Shown here in pieces: positions 1-11,108 of a stretch of DNA of 64,000 nucleotides. The notes under the pieces were generated by a model. The model was not told where the DNA came from. It made no database searches and saw only the letters and a program-made list of their open reading frames with translations. The stretch is from Chloroflexota bacterium (GTDB taxonomy: Bacteria; Chloroflexota; Anaerolineae; Anaerolineales; UBA11858), in contig VGOC01000005.1 of assembly GCA_016865865.1 (NCBI GenBank), positions 1,194 to 65,193 of the forward strand. Reading direction: 5' to 3'. The first letter of the stretch is position 1, and each line of letters starts with the position of its first letter. The translations under genes and the position numbers were made by a program.

Positions 1-408
1 ATCATTCCGATCCATTTGGGAATAGACTTCCTCAGCAGAATATTGGGGTGCGCGTATTTTCCCCCCATATTCGATCCCCTCATAGACAGCCGGATTCCGT
101 AGCGGAAACGCCAGCCCAATCAGGTTGATGAGGAGGAATATGAGGCTGAGAACGAAAGTGGCAAAGCTGGGCAGCCTGGTTGTTCGAATGGCTTTCCACA
201 GCGATGGTGGTCGAACGACGAAACTGTTGATCCCTGTCATCAGGAGGCCAATGAAGATGATCGCTTTCTGAAGGACGCCAATCTCATAAAGCCCCGAATT
301 GTTTTGGATGAGATCGAGGCTGATGGCTCCCAAGGCGAGGGCGATGCCCAGGAAATCAAGTGAAAAAGCCGAAAAATCTTTGATGCGATTCGTTTTATTA
401 CTAGCCAT
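1..408 (-). CDS. Membrane protein of unknown function, N-terminal part; the ORF runs off the left edge
   Basis: Hand translation of the reverse strand from the ATG (complement of 406-408) gives MASNKTNRIKDFSAFSLDFLGIALALGAISLDLIQ... The frame stays open to position 1 and has several hydrophobic segments. It is absent from the ORF track because it has no stop inside the window. Confidence 0.6.
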   Translation of the reverse strand, partial: MASNKTNRIKDFSAFSLDFLGIALALGAISLDLIQNNSGLYEIGVLQKAIIFIGLLMTGINSFVVRPPSLWKAIRTTRLPSFATFVLSLIFLLINLIGLAFPLRNPAVYEGIEYGGKIRAPQYSAEEVYSQMDRND

Positions 409-422
409 ACGGCAATTATACT

Positions 423-548
423 CAGTGCTTCACGAAATTACGATCTTTTTGACCCGTTGCTCCGATTCACTCAGCATAGGCCTCGGGTTGCCCGGGGCTT
501 GCATTAAGCCTGGCCGAAGTGACGGGCTTTGGACCTTTTTCGTGATCT
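423..548. repeat. Expanded variant of the nested-palindrome (REP/terminator-like) element
   Basis: It shares the ends cttcacgaaat.acgatct / tttttcgtgatct and the core cctcgggt.gcccgggg with the copies at 32404, 39369 and 47921. Extra segments of about 23 nt sit on both sides of the inner hairpin. Confidence 0.55.
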
Positions 549-645
549 TTGATACTCGTATGGGGTCAGTTATTTGCACCTTGACCCAGGCTCTCTCGCG
601 GTTATAATTCAGGAGTTGAATTATGTATCGGGTTTTGGTGTTGAT

Positions 646-1125
646 ATGGAATTAGATACCTCTCATGAACAACGCGAACTGATCCTCCTGGAGCAAATCG
701 AGGAAGACCCGGATGTAAGCCAGGCCACCTTAGCCGATCGTCTCGATGTCGCGGTTGGCACGGTGAATTGGCATATCAAACGATTGGTCAACAAAGGCTA
801 TATCAAGTTGAAGCGCGCTGAGCGCAAGAAGCTGCGCTATATTATCACCCCCGAGGGAATCGCCTTCCGGGCGCACCTGACTGTAAAATATATCGAGAAT
901 TCGATGCTGCTATTCCGTAGGACTCGCCGCCGTGTGAAGGATTTGTTGTCGGAAGTACGCGGCGACGGTTATGACCGCGTGCAAATTGTGGGAGATGGAG
1001 ATCTCGCCGAAGTGATCCGCCTGACCTGCATCGAGCAGGGGATCAGAGTTGATAATGACCCGGAGTTGCCTGTCTTGGAAGTCCGCGGCTGGAAAGTGTA
1101 TCTAAACAAGGACGGCAAGGCTTGA
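646..1125 (+). CDS. Winged-helix (MarR/Lrp-like HTH) transcriptional regulator with an uncharacterised C-terminal domain
   Basis: The sequence contains ...DVSQATLADRLDVAVGTVNWHIKRLVNKGYIKLKR..., a typical HTH plus wing. The ATG at 646 is preferred over the longer track ORF starting at 574. Confidence 0.7.
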   Translation: MELDTSHEQRELILLEQIEEDPDVSQATLADRLDVAVGTVNWHIKRLVNKGYIKLKRAERKKLRYIITPEGIAFRAHLTVKYIENSMLLFRRTRRRVKDLLSEVRGDGYDRVQIVGDGDLAEVIRLTCIEQGIRVDNDPELPVLEVRGWKVYLNKDGKA

Positions 1126-2138
1126 AAGCGGAACACCATGTCTTGATCACCGGAGGCGCGGGGTATGTTGGTTCGTTTCTGGCCGGTGAACTTCTCCGTC
1201 AGGGGTATTCTGTCACCGTTGTGGATGATTTGCTCTATGGCGGCGAATCGCTGATGTCCTGCCTACCTCACGCGAGTTTCCATTTCGTGAAATCCGATGT
1301 ATGGGAATCGCGCGCCATTCGCACAGCGGTGAGAGGGGATTGGCCTACCCCCCAGGCCGTGATCCATTTGGCCGCCCTGGCTGGATTCCCTGCCTGCCAG
1401 TCAGTAGGCAGATTGGTGGCCTGGCGATACAACGTCGAGGCCACGCAACATGTTTTCGAACAGGCCGAGGCGTTGGGCGTGGAACGGTTTATCTATTTAT
1501 CCTCTTATAGCAATTATGGCCTCTCCACTGATGGTAAACCGGTCACGGAAGAAACGCCTCTCGATCCCCAATCCTTGTATGCAGAAACCAAAGTCGCCTC
1601 CGAGCAATACTTGTTGTCCCAGGTTGGCGTCAGCCGCTGCGCACCTCTGATCTTCCGACCTGCGACCTTATATGGGCTTTCTCCCCGGCCGCGCTTCGAT
1701 CTCATCGTCAACCAGTTCGTCCTCGAGGCTTTCAGCAGGCGGAAACTGATGATCTATCAGCGTGGTTATCTGCGCTCATTCGTTCACATCGCAGATGCGG
1801 TTCATGGTATTATTTTGGGTCTTCGATTGCCCCTGGAGAAGGTTCGTGGGCAGGTGTATAACATTGGCGCGCCCGAAGGTAACCTGACGAAAGATCAGCT
1901 TGTCGAGCTGATTCTCAAGCGTCTGCCGGAAACCTTTGTGTATTACAAGGATATCACCTTTGGCGGCGATATGCGCGATATAACAGTGTCGTTCAACAAG
2001 ATTCAACATGAATTGGGCTTTACAGCTAAGTACTCTGTTGATGACGGCATCCGGGAAGTTTTGCGCGCCCTGCAGGATGGCCTCATCCGGGAGCCGGGCG
2101 ATCCGCGTTACCGCAACGCGCGTTTCATCGTGCAGTGA
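1122..2138 (+). CDS. NAD-dependent sugar epimerase/dehydratase (extended SDR family)
   Basis: Has the VLITGGAGYVGS Rossmann motif and YAETK (YxxxK). The TTG start at 1122 overlaps the upstream stop; GTG at 1140 is an alternative start. Confidence 0.8.
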   Translation: MKAEHHVLITGGAGYVGSFLAGELLRQGYSVTVVDDLLYGGESLMSCLPHASFHFVKSDVWESRAIRTAVRGDWPTPQAVIHLAALAGFPACQSVGRLVAWRYNVEATQHVFEQAEALGVERFIYLSSYSNYGLSTDGKPVTEETPLDPQSLYAETKVASEQYLLSQVGVSRCAPLIFRPATLYGLSPRPRFDLIVNQFVLEAFSRRKLMIYQRGYLRSFVHIADAVHGIILGLRLPLEKVRGQVYNIGAPEGNLTKDQLVELILKRLPETFVYYKDITFGGDMRDITVSFNKIQHELGFTAKYSVDDGIREVLRALQDGLIREPGDPRYRNARFIVQ

Positions 2139-2178
2139 AAACTAGGGAGAAGTTGATGAGTACAAAAAGGAAAATGAA

Positions 2179-3246
2179 ATGAAAAAAGCTTTGATTACAG
2201 GCATATCTGGCCAGGATGGCTCTTATCTGACGGAGTTGTTGTTGTCGAAAGGCTATCAGGTCCATGGCATGATCCGCCGGTCGAGCACATTCAACACAGG
2301 GCGCATCGATCATATTTACCGTGATCCGCATAATGGCAAAAAGGCCAGGATGCGCCTCCACTACGGAGATTTGGCCAGCTCCGATAGTTTGCAGAATATG
2401 ATCTCCGAAGTCGAGCCTGACGAGATTTACAATCTGGCGGCTCAGAGTCATGTGCGCGTGAGTTTCGACATGCCTGAATACACGGGTGATGTCACCGGGT
2501 TAGGGACTTTGCGCCTCCTGGAAGCTGTTCGGCGTATTGGGGCCGATGTCCGTTTTTACCAGGCGTCTACCAGCGAGATGTTTGGCGACGCTTTGCCTCC
2601 TCAGTCTGAGATGACCCCGTTTGCGCCGCAAAGCCCCTATGCGGCTGCCAAGACCTACGCCCACTGGGTCACGAAGAATTATCGTGATGGATACGGCATT
2701 TTTGCCTGCAGCGGTATCCTCTTCAACCACGAGTCCCCACGCAGGGGTGAGACATTCGTCACGCGCAAGATCACGCGCGCTGTCGCGGCGATCCTTGCCG
2801 GGAAACAGACACACCTCTATATGGGCAATCTGGACGCCAAACGGGATTGGGGGTACGCGCCGGAGTACGTCGAAGTGATGTGGCGGTTGTTGCAGCATGA
2901 TGAGCCAATGGATATTGTCATCGGCACCGGGGAATCTTACTCAGTGCGTGAATTTCTCGAGGAAGCTTTCGGCTACGTTGCCCTGGATTATCGGGATTAT
3001 GTGAAAATTGATAAGCACTACTTTCGTCCCACCGAGGTGGATTATCTGTTGGCAGATCCAGGCAAAGCTCGAACAGTTCTGGGCTGGGAGCCGAAAATCC
3101 GTTTCCATGATTTGGTGCGTATCATGATGGATGCTGACCTGGAATTGCAGGGGTTGGATGTTCCCGGGGAGGGCAAGCGCCTCCTGGCAGAACGCTTCGA
3201 TGGCTGGCACCGCTGGGAAGATCAAGTCGTTAGTATGGATAAGTGA
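2179..3246 (+). CDS. gmd: GDP-mannose 4,6-dehydratase
   Basis: [47 protein letters not shown]... and ...[21 protein letters not shown] are hallmark Gmd sequence. Confidence 0.93.
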   Translation: MKKALITGISGQDGSYLTELLLSKGYQVHGMIRRSSTFNTGRIDHIYRDPHNGKKARMRLHYGDLASSDSLQNMISEVEPDEIYNLAAQSHVRVSFDMPEYTGDVTGLGTLRLLEAVRRIGADVRFYQASTSEMFGDALPPQSEMTPFAPQSPYAAAKTYAHWVTKNYRDGYGIFACSGILFNHESPRRGETFVTRKITRAVAAILAGKQTHLYMGNLDAKRDWGYAPEYVEVMWRLLQHDEPMDIVIGTGESYSVREFLEEAFGYVALDYRDYVKIDKHYFRPTEVDYLLADPGKARTVLGWEPKIRFHDLVRIMMDADLELQGLDVPGEGKRLLAERFDGWHRWEDQVVSMDK

Positions 3247-3248
3247 TT

Positions 3249-4223
3249 ATGGCTGAAAAGACGTTCCCTAAACCGGAAGAATTCTGGGCCGATCGGCGGG
3301 TCTGTGTGACTGGGGGGGCAGGCTTCTTAGGCTCGTTCGTGCAGCGAGAACTGCGGGATCGAGGCGCTACTGAAGTCTTCATCCCTCATGTCGAACATTA
3401 CGATTTGACTTTGTTGGAAGATGTCCAGCGGGTCTTGAAAGATGCCAATCCTGATGTAATCATACACCTGGCGGCAATCGCGGGCGGTATCGGCGCTAAC
3501 CGCGCTCGCCCGGCCGAGTTCTTCTATAAAAACCTCATGATGGGCGTGCCGTTGATGCACGAAGCCTGGAAACAAGGTGTGGAGAAATTCGTCGCCATTG
3601 GCACGATCTGCGCCTATCCCAAATTTACGCCGATTCCTTTCAGGGAGGAAAACCTGTGGGATGGTTACCCCGAAGAGACCAATGCTCCTTATGGGTTGGC
3701 GAAAAAGATGCTCCTGGTTCAGGCTCAGGCCTACCGGGAGCAATACGGTTTCAATGCGATATATCTGCTCCCCGTGAATTTATATGGCCCGGGCGACAAT
3801 TTCAACCTGGAGACCTCTCACGTAGTTCCGGCGTTGATTCGCAAGATGATCGAGGCTCAGCAGCGCGGCGACTCCGAAGTTGTGTTATGGGGGGACGGTT
3901 CCCCCACGCGCGAGTTCTTCTACGCTGGCGATGCAGCCCGTGGCATCGTGATGGCAGCGGAGCGTTACAATAGCGCTGAGCCGGTCAACCTGGGATCGGG
4001 CATGGAAATCAGCATCAAAGATTTGGCTTCGTTGATTGCAGAGCTGACCGGCTTCGAGGGCGAAATCGTTTGGGATACCACCAAACCCAATGGCCAGCCG
4101 CGCCGCGGCCTGGATACCAGCCGGGCGAAGGAGTATTTCGGCTTCGAGGCGCAAATGCCCTTCGAAGAGGGGTTGCGGAGGACGATAGCGTGGTTTAGAG
4201 AGAATCAGGAGCGAATAGCGTAA
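3249..4223 (+). CDS. fcl: GDP-L-fucose synthase (GDP-4-keto-6-deoxymannose 3,5-epimerase/4-reductase)
   Basis: Has [18 protein letters not shown] and [24 protein letters not shown], and lies directly after gmd. The ATG at 3249 is preferred over GTG at 3243. Confidence 0.88.
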   Translation: MAEKTFPKPEEFWADRRVCVTGGAGFLGSFVQRELRDRGATEVFIPHVEHYDLTLLEDVQRVLKDANPDVIIHLAAIAGGIGANRARPAEFFYKNLMMGVPLMHEAWKQGVEKFVAIGTICAYPKFTPIPFREENLWDGYPEETNAPYGLAKKMLLVQAQAYREQYGFNAIYLLPVNLYGPGDNFNLETSHVVPALIRKMIEAQQRGDSEVVLWGDGSPTREFFYAGDAARGIVMAAERYNSAEPVNLGSGMEISIKDLASLIAELTGFEGEIVWDTTKPNGQPRRGLDTSRAKEYFGFEAQMPFEEGLRRTIAWFRENQERIA

Positions 4224-4273
4224 AACGTAAAACGTGATGAGTGATTCACGCTTCACGTTTTACACTTTACACG
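4219..4273. repeat. Period-7 degenerate tandem repeat forming an imperfect palindrome (AAACGTG/CACGTTT family)
   Basis: Reads cgtaaaa|cgtaaaa|cgtgatg|agtgatt|cacgctt|cacgttt|tacactt|tacacgg. The left half is the inverted complement of the right half. Confidence 0.75.
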
Positions 4274-4281
4274 GAAATCAA

Positions 4282-5139
4282 ATGACAGAGACTTCTCTTA
4301 CGACGAAAGCGGCCCCAGAGACGATCCTCCTGCGCCCCTCGCGCGGCTGGGCAGCCTTGAATTTAATGGATCTCTGGCGCTACAGAGAGTTGATCTACTT
4401 CCTCACCTGGCGCGATATCAAGGTGCTCTACAAACAGACTGTCCTAGGAGCCGCCTGGGCGATCTTGCGTCCCATCATTACGATGATCGTTTACGCGTTC
4501 ATTTTTGGGCAACTTGCCAACCTGGATTCTGAAGGAGTGCCGTATACGATCTTCACTTATGTGGCCTTGTTGCCCTGGCAGCTTTTCTCGAGAGCGATGA
4601 GCGAAACCGGGCGCTCGATGGTATCGAACCGCAATATGATTACGAAAATCTATTTTCCGCGTCTGGTCATCCCAGTTTCAACGATACTCAGCGGCATGGT
4701 GGATTTCTTTATCGCTTTTGTGATTTTGATCGGCATGATGTTCTATTACCAGATCAGCCCAACCCTTGCTATCTGGACTTTGCCGCTCTTCTTGTTATTG
4801 ACCTTGATAACAGCCTTAGGTGTTGGATTGTGGTTTTCTTCTTTGAATGTGCTGTACCGTGACATTGGTTATATCCTGCCATTTCTGACCGAGGTATGGA
4901 AGTACCTCACCCCGGTAGCCTATTCGGCTGGATATATCACGGGCGCGTGGAAAATCATCTATTCGATCAATCCGATGGCCGGGGTCGTGGAAGGATTCCG
5001 TTGGGCTTTATTAGGCATCGAACTGGACTCGTCCGCCTCGCTCACGATGTCCATTTCGATCGGTGTAGCCATTGTTGTGCTTATCAGCGGTTTATTCTAC
5101 TTCCGCCGCATGGAGCGAACTTTCGCGGATATGGTGTAG
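4282..5139 (+). CDS. wzm: ABC-2 type polysaccharide/O-antigen export permease
   Basis: Six hydrophobic spans and the typical N-terminal LWRYRELIYFLTWRDIKVLYKQTVLGAAWAILRP. The ATG at 4282 is preferred because 4234-4281 lies inside the heptamer repeat. Confidence 0.88.
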   Translation: MTETSLTTKAAPETILLRPSRGWAALNLMDLWRYRELIYFLTWRDIKVLYKQTVLGAAWAILRPIITMIVYAFIFGQLANLDSEGVPYTIFTYVALLPWQLFSRAMSETGRSMVSNRNMITKIYFPRLVIPVSTILSGMVDFFIAFVILIGMMFYYQISPTLAIWTLPLFLLLTLITALGVGLWFSSLNVLYRDIGYILPFLTEVWKYLTPVAYSAGYITGAWKIIYSINPMAGVVEGFRWALLGIELDSSASLTMSISIGVAIVVLISGLFYFRRMERTFADMV

Positions 5140-5172
5140 AGTTTTCACGTATCACGTTTCGCGTTTCGAGTT

Positions 5173-6459
5173 ATGACGGATTTAGCGATAAGAGTAAATG
5201 ACCTCGGCAAACAATACCGCATTGGGTTGGCTCCTGAGCGATATAAGACGCTGCGCGATTCTATCGTTGATGTGGTGACCTGGCCGCTTCAACGAATCCG
5301 CCGTGGGCTGGCTCCCTCGGGTGAGGACTATGCTGATACCATCTGGGCATTGCGCGATGTATCCTTCGAGGTCGAGCAAGGGAAAGTATTGGGGGTGATT
5401 GGGCGGAATGGGGCGGGCAAGAGCACGCTGCTCAAGATATTGTCGCGCGTTACCGAACCCACCGAAGGAGAAGTCGAGATCCGCGGCCGGGTTGGATCGC
5501 TCCTGGAAGTCGGCACAGGCTTTCACCCGGAATTGACTGGGCGCGAAAATATCTATCTCAATGGCGCTATTCTAGGGATGAAGCGCTCCGAGATAGACGG
5601 CAAATTCGATGAGATCGTTGACTTCTCCGGCGTCGAGCAATTTATAGATACCCCGGTCAAACGTTACTCTAGCGGCATGTATCTACGATTGGCTTTTGCG
5701 GTTGCAGCGCATTTGGAACCGGAAATCCTGGTGGTGGACGAGGTGCTGGCCGTCGGCGATGCCGAGTTTCAACGAAAATGCCTGGGGAAAATGAGCGACG
5801 TCGCTCAGGAAGGCCGCACAGTGCTATTCGTTAGCCATGATATGTCCGCGATTCTGCGCCTTACCGAAGAGGCCATCGTGCTGGATGATGGTCAACTGGT
5901 TTACCGCGCCCCTACCGTCGCGGCGGTGGATTATTATATGGTATCCGGATTCTCCGAGGCGGGGGAGCGCGTCTGGGATGATGATGAGATTCCAGAATCG
6001 GCTGCGCCCTTCCACCCCCTGGCTATGCGCGTGTGTAACTCGAATGGGCAGAATGTTGACGTAGTTCGCTCGACTGAGCCGATCAGCTTAGAGGTCGAGT
6101 ATCAACTGGCAGAACCCATCCACGGGCTGCGCGTCGGCCTCTACCTGATGAGCGCGCGCGGCGAATATGTCCTGACATCCTTCGATACCGATGAGCCGGA
6201 GCAGTATAACAACTATGGCGTCCGCCCTGCCGGTCACTTCCTCAGCCGTTGTACGATCCCGCCGGATTTGTTGAATGAAGGCCGATATACAGTGGGGGTG
6301 AACGCCAGCTCCTTCCGGGTGAAACGCTATTTCATGGATGAACGGGCTTTGACCTTCACAGTTGACGGCATGGGCGCGCCAGGGAAACAGTGGGCCGAAA
6401 CGCGCATGGGGCTGGTGAGGCCGCGCTTGAATTGGCAGATCGAGGCGGTAGAGAAATGA
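5173..6459 (+). CDS. wzt: Polysaccharide ABC exporter ATPase with a C-terminal Wzt_C-like carbohydrate-binding extension
   Basis: Walker [15 protein letters not shown], signature YSSGM and Walker [13 protein letters not shown]. About 170 extra C-terminal residues follow (..[30 protein letters not shown]..), which look beta-rich. Confidence 0.88.
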   Translation: MTDLAIRVNDLGKQYRIGLAPERYKTLRDSIVDVVTWPLQRIRRGLAPSGEDYADTIWALRDVSFEVEQGKVLGVIGRNGAGKSTLLKILSRVTEPTEGEVEIRGRVGSLLEVGTGFHPELTGRENIYLNGAILGMKRSEIDGKFDEIVDFSGVEQFIDTPVKRYSSGMYLRLAFAVAAHLEPEILVVDEVLAVGDAEFQRKCLGKMSDVAQEGRTVLFVSHDMSAILRLTEEAIVLDDGQLVYRAPTVAAVDYYMVSGFSEAGERVWDDDEIPESAAPFHPLAMRVCNSNGQNVDVVRSTEPISLEVEYQLAEPIHGLRVGLYLMSARGEYVLTSFDTDEPEQYNNYGVRPAGHFLSRCTIPPDLLNEGRYTVGVNASSFRVKRYFMDERALTFTVDGMGAPGKQWAETRMGLVRPRLNWQIEAVEK

Positions 6460-8081
6460 CGATGATTGGAAGCGAATCCTTGAAGAAGATTCTTGGCGAG
6501 TTTCCTGTTACCGCAGATCTCTACTGGCGGATTATGCAGCAGGCTGATCCTCCAGTGGGGGGGTACTTGCTTGACGACGTTCGGAAGCATCTGCCAACCT
6601 GGCTGGATCAAGCGCGGGCGGCAGAGGTGAAAAGCAATCACCCCAAACGCGTGCTGGTTTTCAGTGTGCTTCGATATTGGCTGGAACATAGCCTGCTCAT
6701 GAGCCTGGCACTGGTGGCTTTTGGACATGAGGTCACGCTGGCCTATTTACCGTATGCTCACTGGAAAAGACCCATCAATCGCTTCGACCTGCGCCGTCAG
6801 GATCTTTATATCAAAAGCATCATCAAGCAAATCGAACCCTTCGTAAGATTGGTCTCGATGCTGGATGCTCCGAAAGCCGACAGGCTGCCTGAAGCGATTA
6901 GCGACCAAATGGCGGCGGCAGCTTTCCGCGATACTCAATACAGTATGCTGCGGGAAGACATCGACACCGATGGCGAGATCTACCGATTGCGCCAGGAGCG
7001 CAACAACGATTATGCCCTGCGAATGTTGGCCTGGATGCAAAATGAACGCCCTGACGTGGTAGTCGTCCCGAATGGCAGCATCCTCGAATTTGGTATTACC
7101 TATCGTCTTGCCCGTTACCTAAACATCCCCGTGACGACCTACGAGTTTGGGGAACAAAACCACCGCATGTGGATGGCACAGAATAATGATGTGATGCGCC
7201 AGGACACCTCGGATTTATGGAATGCGCGCGGCGAGATACCATTGACTGACGTAGAAAAGGAACTGATCTATAATCTATTTTCGTCTCGCCAGGGAGCCAG
7301 TCTGTGGCATACCTTTGCCCGGCGATGGCAGGATGCGCCCAAAATCGGCGGCAGCGCAATACGGCAGGAGCTGGGCCTCGATTTGCGGCCTCTGGCATTA
7401 ATCCCGGCCAATGTGTTAGGCGATAGTCTGGTCCTCGGCCGGCAGCTATTTAGCGAGAGCAATACGGAGTGGTTGAAGCGCACAGTCGAATTCTTTATCG
7501 AGCATCCTGAGGCCCAGTTGGTTATTCGTGTTCACCCGGGAGAGCGCATAGGTTGGGGGTCCTCGGTCTATGAAATCTTAGTGCAACATTTTCAGGAATT
7601 CCCAGAAAATATCCACCTGCTCCCTGCGGAATCGAGCGTCAATACGTATGATTTGGTGGATGCCGCTGACTTTGGGCTGGTCTTCACCACAACCACCGGG
7701 ATGGAGATGGCCATGATCGGAAAACCAGTAATCGTTACGGGCCACACGCACTATCGCGGCAAGGGGTTCACGATTGATCCGAATACCTGGAAAGAGTACT
7801 TCGAAGCCTTGAAACAGGTGCTGTATGACCCCAAGGCTCACACTTTATCTGAAGGTCAGATCGAATTATCCTGGCGCTATGCTTATCGCTTTTTCTTCGA
7901 ATATCCTCAGCCTTTCCCCTGGCGAGTCCCCTATCTTTGGGAGAGCTTGAAGGAATGGAGCATGGCGCGGGTTCTCAGCCCAGAAGGACAGGCCCAATTT
8001 GGGAATACTTTTCGTTATCTGGTTGGCGAGCCGATTGATTGGGCTCGAAGTTATGTAGAAGGTCGGCTGACGAATGAGTGA
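6456..8081 (+). CDS. Capsule_synth-like (KpsC/KpsS-type) GT-B protein; candidate CMP-ulosonic-acid transferase
   Basis: Motifs [23 protein letters not shown] and [25 protein letters not shown] match the Q.xDS / HP / G.EA.l.gkPv pattern of KpsS/KpsC. The ATG at 6456 overlaps the wzt stop (ATGA). Confidence 0.6.
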   Translation: MTMIGSESLKKILGEFPVTADLYWRIMQQADPPVGGYLLDDVRKHLPTWLDQARAAEVKSNHPKRVLVFSVLRYWLEHSLLMSLALVAFGHEVTLAYLPYAHWKRPINRFDLRRQDLYIKSIIKQIEPFVRLVSMLDAPKADRLPEAISDQMAAAAFRDTQYSMLREDIDTDGEIYRLRQERNNDYALRMLAWMQNERPDVVVVPNGSILEFGITYRLARYLNIPVTTYEFGEQNHRMWMAQNNDVMRQDTSDLWNARGEIPLTDVEKELIYNLFSSRQGASLWHTFARRWQDAPKIGGSAIRQELGLDLRPLALIPANVLGDSLVLGRQLFSESNTEWLKRTVEFFIEHPEAQLVIRVHPGERIGWGSSVYEILVQHFQEFPENIHLLPAESSVNTYDLVDAADFGLVFTTTTGMEMAMIGKPVIVTGHTHYRGKGFTIDPNTWKEYFEALKQVLYDPKAHTLSEGQIELSWRYAYRFFFEYPQPFPWRVPYLWESLKEWSMARVLSPEGQAQFGNTFRYLVGEPIDWARSYVEGRLTNE

Positions 8082-9078
8082 TCATTTACGAGACCATCCT
8101 GTATTTTTATGTGGTTATCCCAGGTCTGGCACCTCCTTAGTGCGCGCGCTATTAGATGGCCATCCTCAGCTTGTCGTATATCCGTTCGAGACTTTCTTTT
8201 TCCGCGGCTTTCTCCCCCAGGCAGCCAGGCGTGACATGGATGGCAAGGTGGAGTTGGCCTCGAGGTACCTCCTTCAATTCGTTGGACTTCGCCACGAGAT
8301 GGAGGAGGATTATGAGCATTTCCATCCCAATGAGGATACCGTCCATGATTTTGCAAAAATGTGTCTCTCCATTCAGCGGCAAATTGCTGCCCATGGCTGC
8401 CGGCACGATGGGGACCTGCTCGCGGCATCAGTCCTGGCTTTTGGAGAAGTGTATGGCTTTCTCCATGAAAATACCCGTTGCTGGCTAGAGAAATCTGTTC
8501 ATAATGAATTCTTTGCAGAACAAATCTTTGGGTGGTGGCCTGAGGCTCGGTGCATTCATCTCATGCGAGATCCGCGCGATGTTTATTCATCGTATCATCC
8601 CAGGCGACAGAAGGTTCTACCCCGCCTGTTTTCGCTCCGTTGGGCGAGAAGCGCCCAAAAAGGGCTGGATAATCAACGGGTTTATGGGGAAGATCATTAT
8701 TACCTGATCGAATACGAACAACTGGCGCAAGACCCTGAAGCAGCTCTTCAGGGGTTGACCCATTTCTTAGGGATCGAAGATCATCCGATTTTACGAATTC
8801 CGTCTTCTATGGGGATTCCATGGGAAGGCAATTCGACCTTCGCAGACAAGTTCGCTGGTATTAGCGCCAGGCCTGTCGAAAGGTGGAGAAAAGAACTGGC
8901 TCGACATGATGTGCAGATCATCGAGCAGATTGCCAGACAACCCATGACAAAGTTGGGTTATCGGGTAGAAAATAAATGGTCATTGTCGACAAGTCTACGG
9001 ATACTGCGCGGGTTTCTCAGTTATTATCGTGATGCAATCGAAAAGATAGACCCGGCGGATATAGATGGTGTTGAATAG
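8074..9078 (+). CDS. Sulfotransferase
   Basis: A 5'-PSB-like loop FLCGYPRSGTSLV and a 3'-PB-like LMRDPRDVYSS. The start overlaps the upstream stop. Confidence 0.8.
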   Translation: MSDHLRDHPVFLCGYPRSGTSLVRALLDGHPQLVVYPFETFFFRGFLPQAARRDMDGKVELASRYLLQFVGLRHEMEEDYEHFHPNEDTVHDFAKMCLSIQRQIAAHGCRHDGDLLAASVLAFGEVYGFLHENTRCWLEKSVHNEFFAEQIFGWWPEARCIHLMRDPRDVYSSYHPRRQKVLPRLFSLRWARSAQKGLDNQRVYGEDHYYLIEYEQLAQDPEAALQGLTHFLGIEDHPILRIPSSMGIPWEGNSTFADKFAGISARPVERWRKELARHDVQIIEQIARQPMTKLGYRVENKWSLSTSLRILRGFLSYYRDAIEKIDPADIDGVE

Positions 9079-9093
9079 GTATCGGATGTAGTA

Positions 9094-9996
9094 ATGGTGG
9101 CCATGGCCGATATAAAACAGCATGTGCGAGAGTTCTACGACCAGGTTGGTTGGCTGGAAGTCAGCGAGGGAGTTTATCAAAACGCTCGCTATGAGGATTT
9201 ACGGCCAGTTTCACGTGAATATATTCATCGTTGCCATCTACGTGTGAGCCGCCACATCAAACCCGAGGGGCGCTACTTCCTCGACGCAGGTTCTGGGCCG
9301 ATTCAATACCCGGAGTATTTGGAGTATTCCAAGGGATACAATTACCGGGTCTGCGCTGATATTTCCTATGTAGCCCTGCAGGAAGCCAGGAAAAGGGTTG
9401 GCGATCACGGCCTGTTTGTGGTCGCCGATGTAGCTAATTTGCCCTTCGCTCCTGAAACTTTCGAGGGCGTTGTCTCATTGCATACGATCCATCATCTGCC
9501 GCAAGAAGAGCATGTTCAGGCATACAGAGAGTTATACCGGGTATTGTCCCCCGGATGTTCGGCGTCGGTTGTCAACGGTTGGGGCGATGCGCTGATCCCG
9601 CGCCTGTTATCGAATCCCATGCGCTGGACGAACCGCTTGCTGGGGGTTGTCAGGCGTTTATTGGGCATTACGCCCACAGAACATCCTGCAAAACCTGTCA
9701 GTATGTCTGATGATAACAAACCCACAAGCACCTTTGTGCGCAAAGATAGCGCCGATTGGTTGAAGGAGCAGCTCGCTACGTTGATGCCAATCGAAATCGT
9801 TGTCTGGCGGGGGATCAGTGTAAAGCACTTGCGCACCTTCATCCATCAGGGATGGGGTGGATGCTATGTGTTACGGTTTTTATTCTGGCTAGAGGAACGT
9901 TTTCCTCATTTCTTCGGAGAGAAAGGTCAATACCCCTTGGTTGTGATCCGAAAAATGAGCTACACAGATGAGTTCACTGAAAGAACTCATGAATGA
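9094..9996 (+). CDS. Class I SAM-dependent methyltransferase
   Basis: Motif I FLDAGSGPIQ, plus ..VADVANLPFAPETFEGVVSLHTIHHL (Methyltransf_11-like). Confidence 0.8.
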   Translation: MVAMADIKQHVREFYDQVGWLEVSEGVYQNARYEDLRPVSREYIHRCHLRVSRHIKPEGRYFLDAGSGPIQYPEYLEYSKGYNYRVCADISYVALQEARKRVGDHGLFVVADVANLPFAPETFEGVVSLHTIHHLPQEEHVQAYRELYRVLSPGCSASVVNGWGDALIPRLLSNPMRWTNRLLGVVRRLLGITPTEHPAKPVSMSDDNKPTSTFVRKDSADWLKEQLATLMPIEIVVWRGISVKHLRTFIHQGWGGCYVLRFLFWLEERFPHFFGEKGQYPLVVIRKMSYTDEFTERTHE

Positions 9997-11019
9997 ATGG
10001 AGTTGCATATGAATTGGAAAGATAAAACTATTCTCGTCACAGGCGGAACCGGGTCCTTTGGAAAAGCATTTTCCAGGATTATGTTAGAGGAATACCAGCC
10101 GGCTAAGTTGATTGTATTTAGCCGGGATGAACTCAAGCAGCACGAAATGAGGGTTTCTGGTTTCGACTACCCCAATATCCGATATTTTATCGGCGACGTT
10201 CGCGATCTACCACGATTGAAGCGCGCCATGCAGGGTGTGGATATCGTCGTCCATGCAGCCGCTCTGAAACAGGTGCCAGCCTGTGAATATAACCCCATGG
10301 AGGCAGTAAAGACCAACATCCTTGGCAGCAGCAACGTGGTTGATGCTGCTCTAGATACTGGGGTTAAAAAAGTTATGGCCTTGAGCACCGACAAGGCCGT
10401 CAGCCCGGTCAATTTGTATGGGGCCACGAAGCTCGCTGCCGAAAAACTAGTGATTCAAAGTAATGCCTACGCAGGAAAGTACGAAACACGTCTGAGTTGT
10501 GTGCGCTATGGCAATGTTGTTGGCAGTCGGGGAAGCGTTGTCCCGGTTTTTCTGAGTCAACGGGCCAATAACGGCAAACTTACCATAACCGACAAACGGA
10601 TGACGCGCTTCTGGCTATCGCTTGAGCAAGGAGTCAGGTTCGTGATCAAGAGCATTGAACACATGTTAGGTGGGGAAGTATTCATTCCTAAGATACCTAG
10701 CATGAAAGTGGTTGATCTGGCTAAAGTCATCGCCCCTGATGCAGAGATAGACATCATCGGTATTCGGCCAGGCGAGAAATTGCATGAGATGCTGATCTCG
10801 CGGGATGAATCTCGCTCGACTATCGAAATGGATGATATGTTCGTCGTTCAGCCGGTCGAAGCCTTCTGGTTTGGTGGAAAATGGAGTGAGAAGGGAAAAC
10901 CTGTTCCTGATGGTTTCCGCTATTCCAGCGCCGAGAATCCAGAGTGGCTTAATGTCGAACAGATCAGAGAGATGATCAAACCTTTCGAGGAGGCGTTTGC
11001 GCAAGGAAAGCTAGCTTAA
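9997..11019 (+). CDS. UDP-GlcNAc 4,6-dehydratase of the PseB/FnlA/CapE type
   Basis: Has KTILVTGGTGSFGKAF, LIVFSRDELKQHEM, GDVRD and NLYGATKLAAEKL. ATG at 10009 is an alternative start. Confidence 0.85.
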   Translation: MELHMNWKDKTILVTGGTGSFGKAFSRIMLEEYQPAKLIVFSRDELKQHEMRVSGFDYPNIRYFIGDVRDLPRLKRAMQGVDIVVHAAALKQVPACEYNPMEAVKTNILGSSNVVDAALDTGVKKVMALSTDKAVSPVNLYGATKLAAEKLVIQSNAYAGKYETRLSCVRYGNVVGSRGSVVPVFLSQRANNGKLTITDKRMTRFWLSLEQGVRFVIKSIEHMLGGEVFIPKIPSMKVVDLAKVIAPDAEIDIIGIRPGEKLHEMLISRDESRSTIEMDDMFVVQPVEAFWFGGKWSEKGKPVPDGFRYSSAENPEWLNVEQIREMIKPFEEAFAQGKLA

Positions 11020-11108
11020 GTATGTTTGCCTTGTATACCTTGCTTACCTGCAGGCTCGATGTGACCTCTGGTTGAGTGAATTGGGTAAATAGTGAATACA
11101 AGGTAAAG

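Noticed and set aside
299-645. Track ORFs 299-607 and the 574 start of the regulator ORF.
   Set aside because: They run through the intergenic repeat element and lie antisense to the membrane-protein gene ending at 408. The ATG at 646 gives a normal winged-helix N-terminus.
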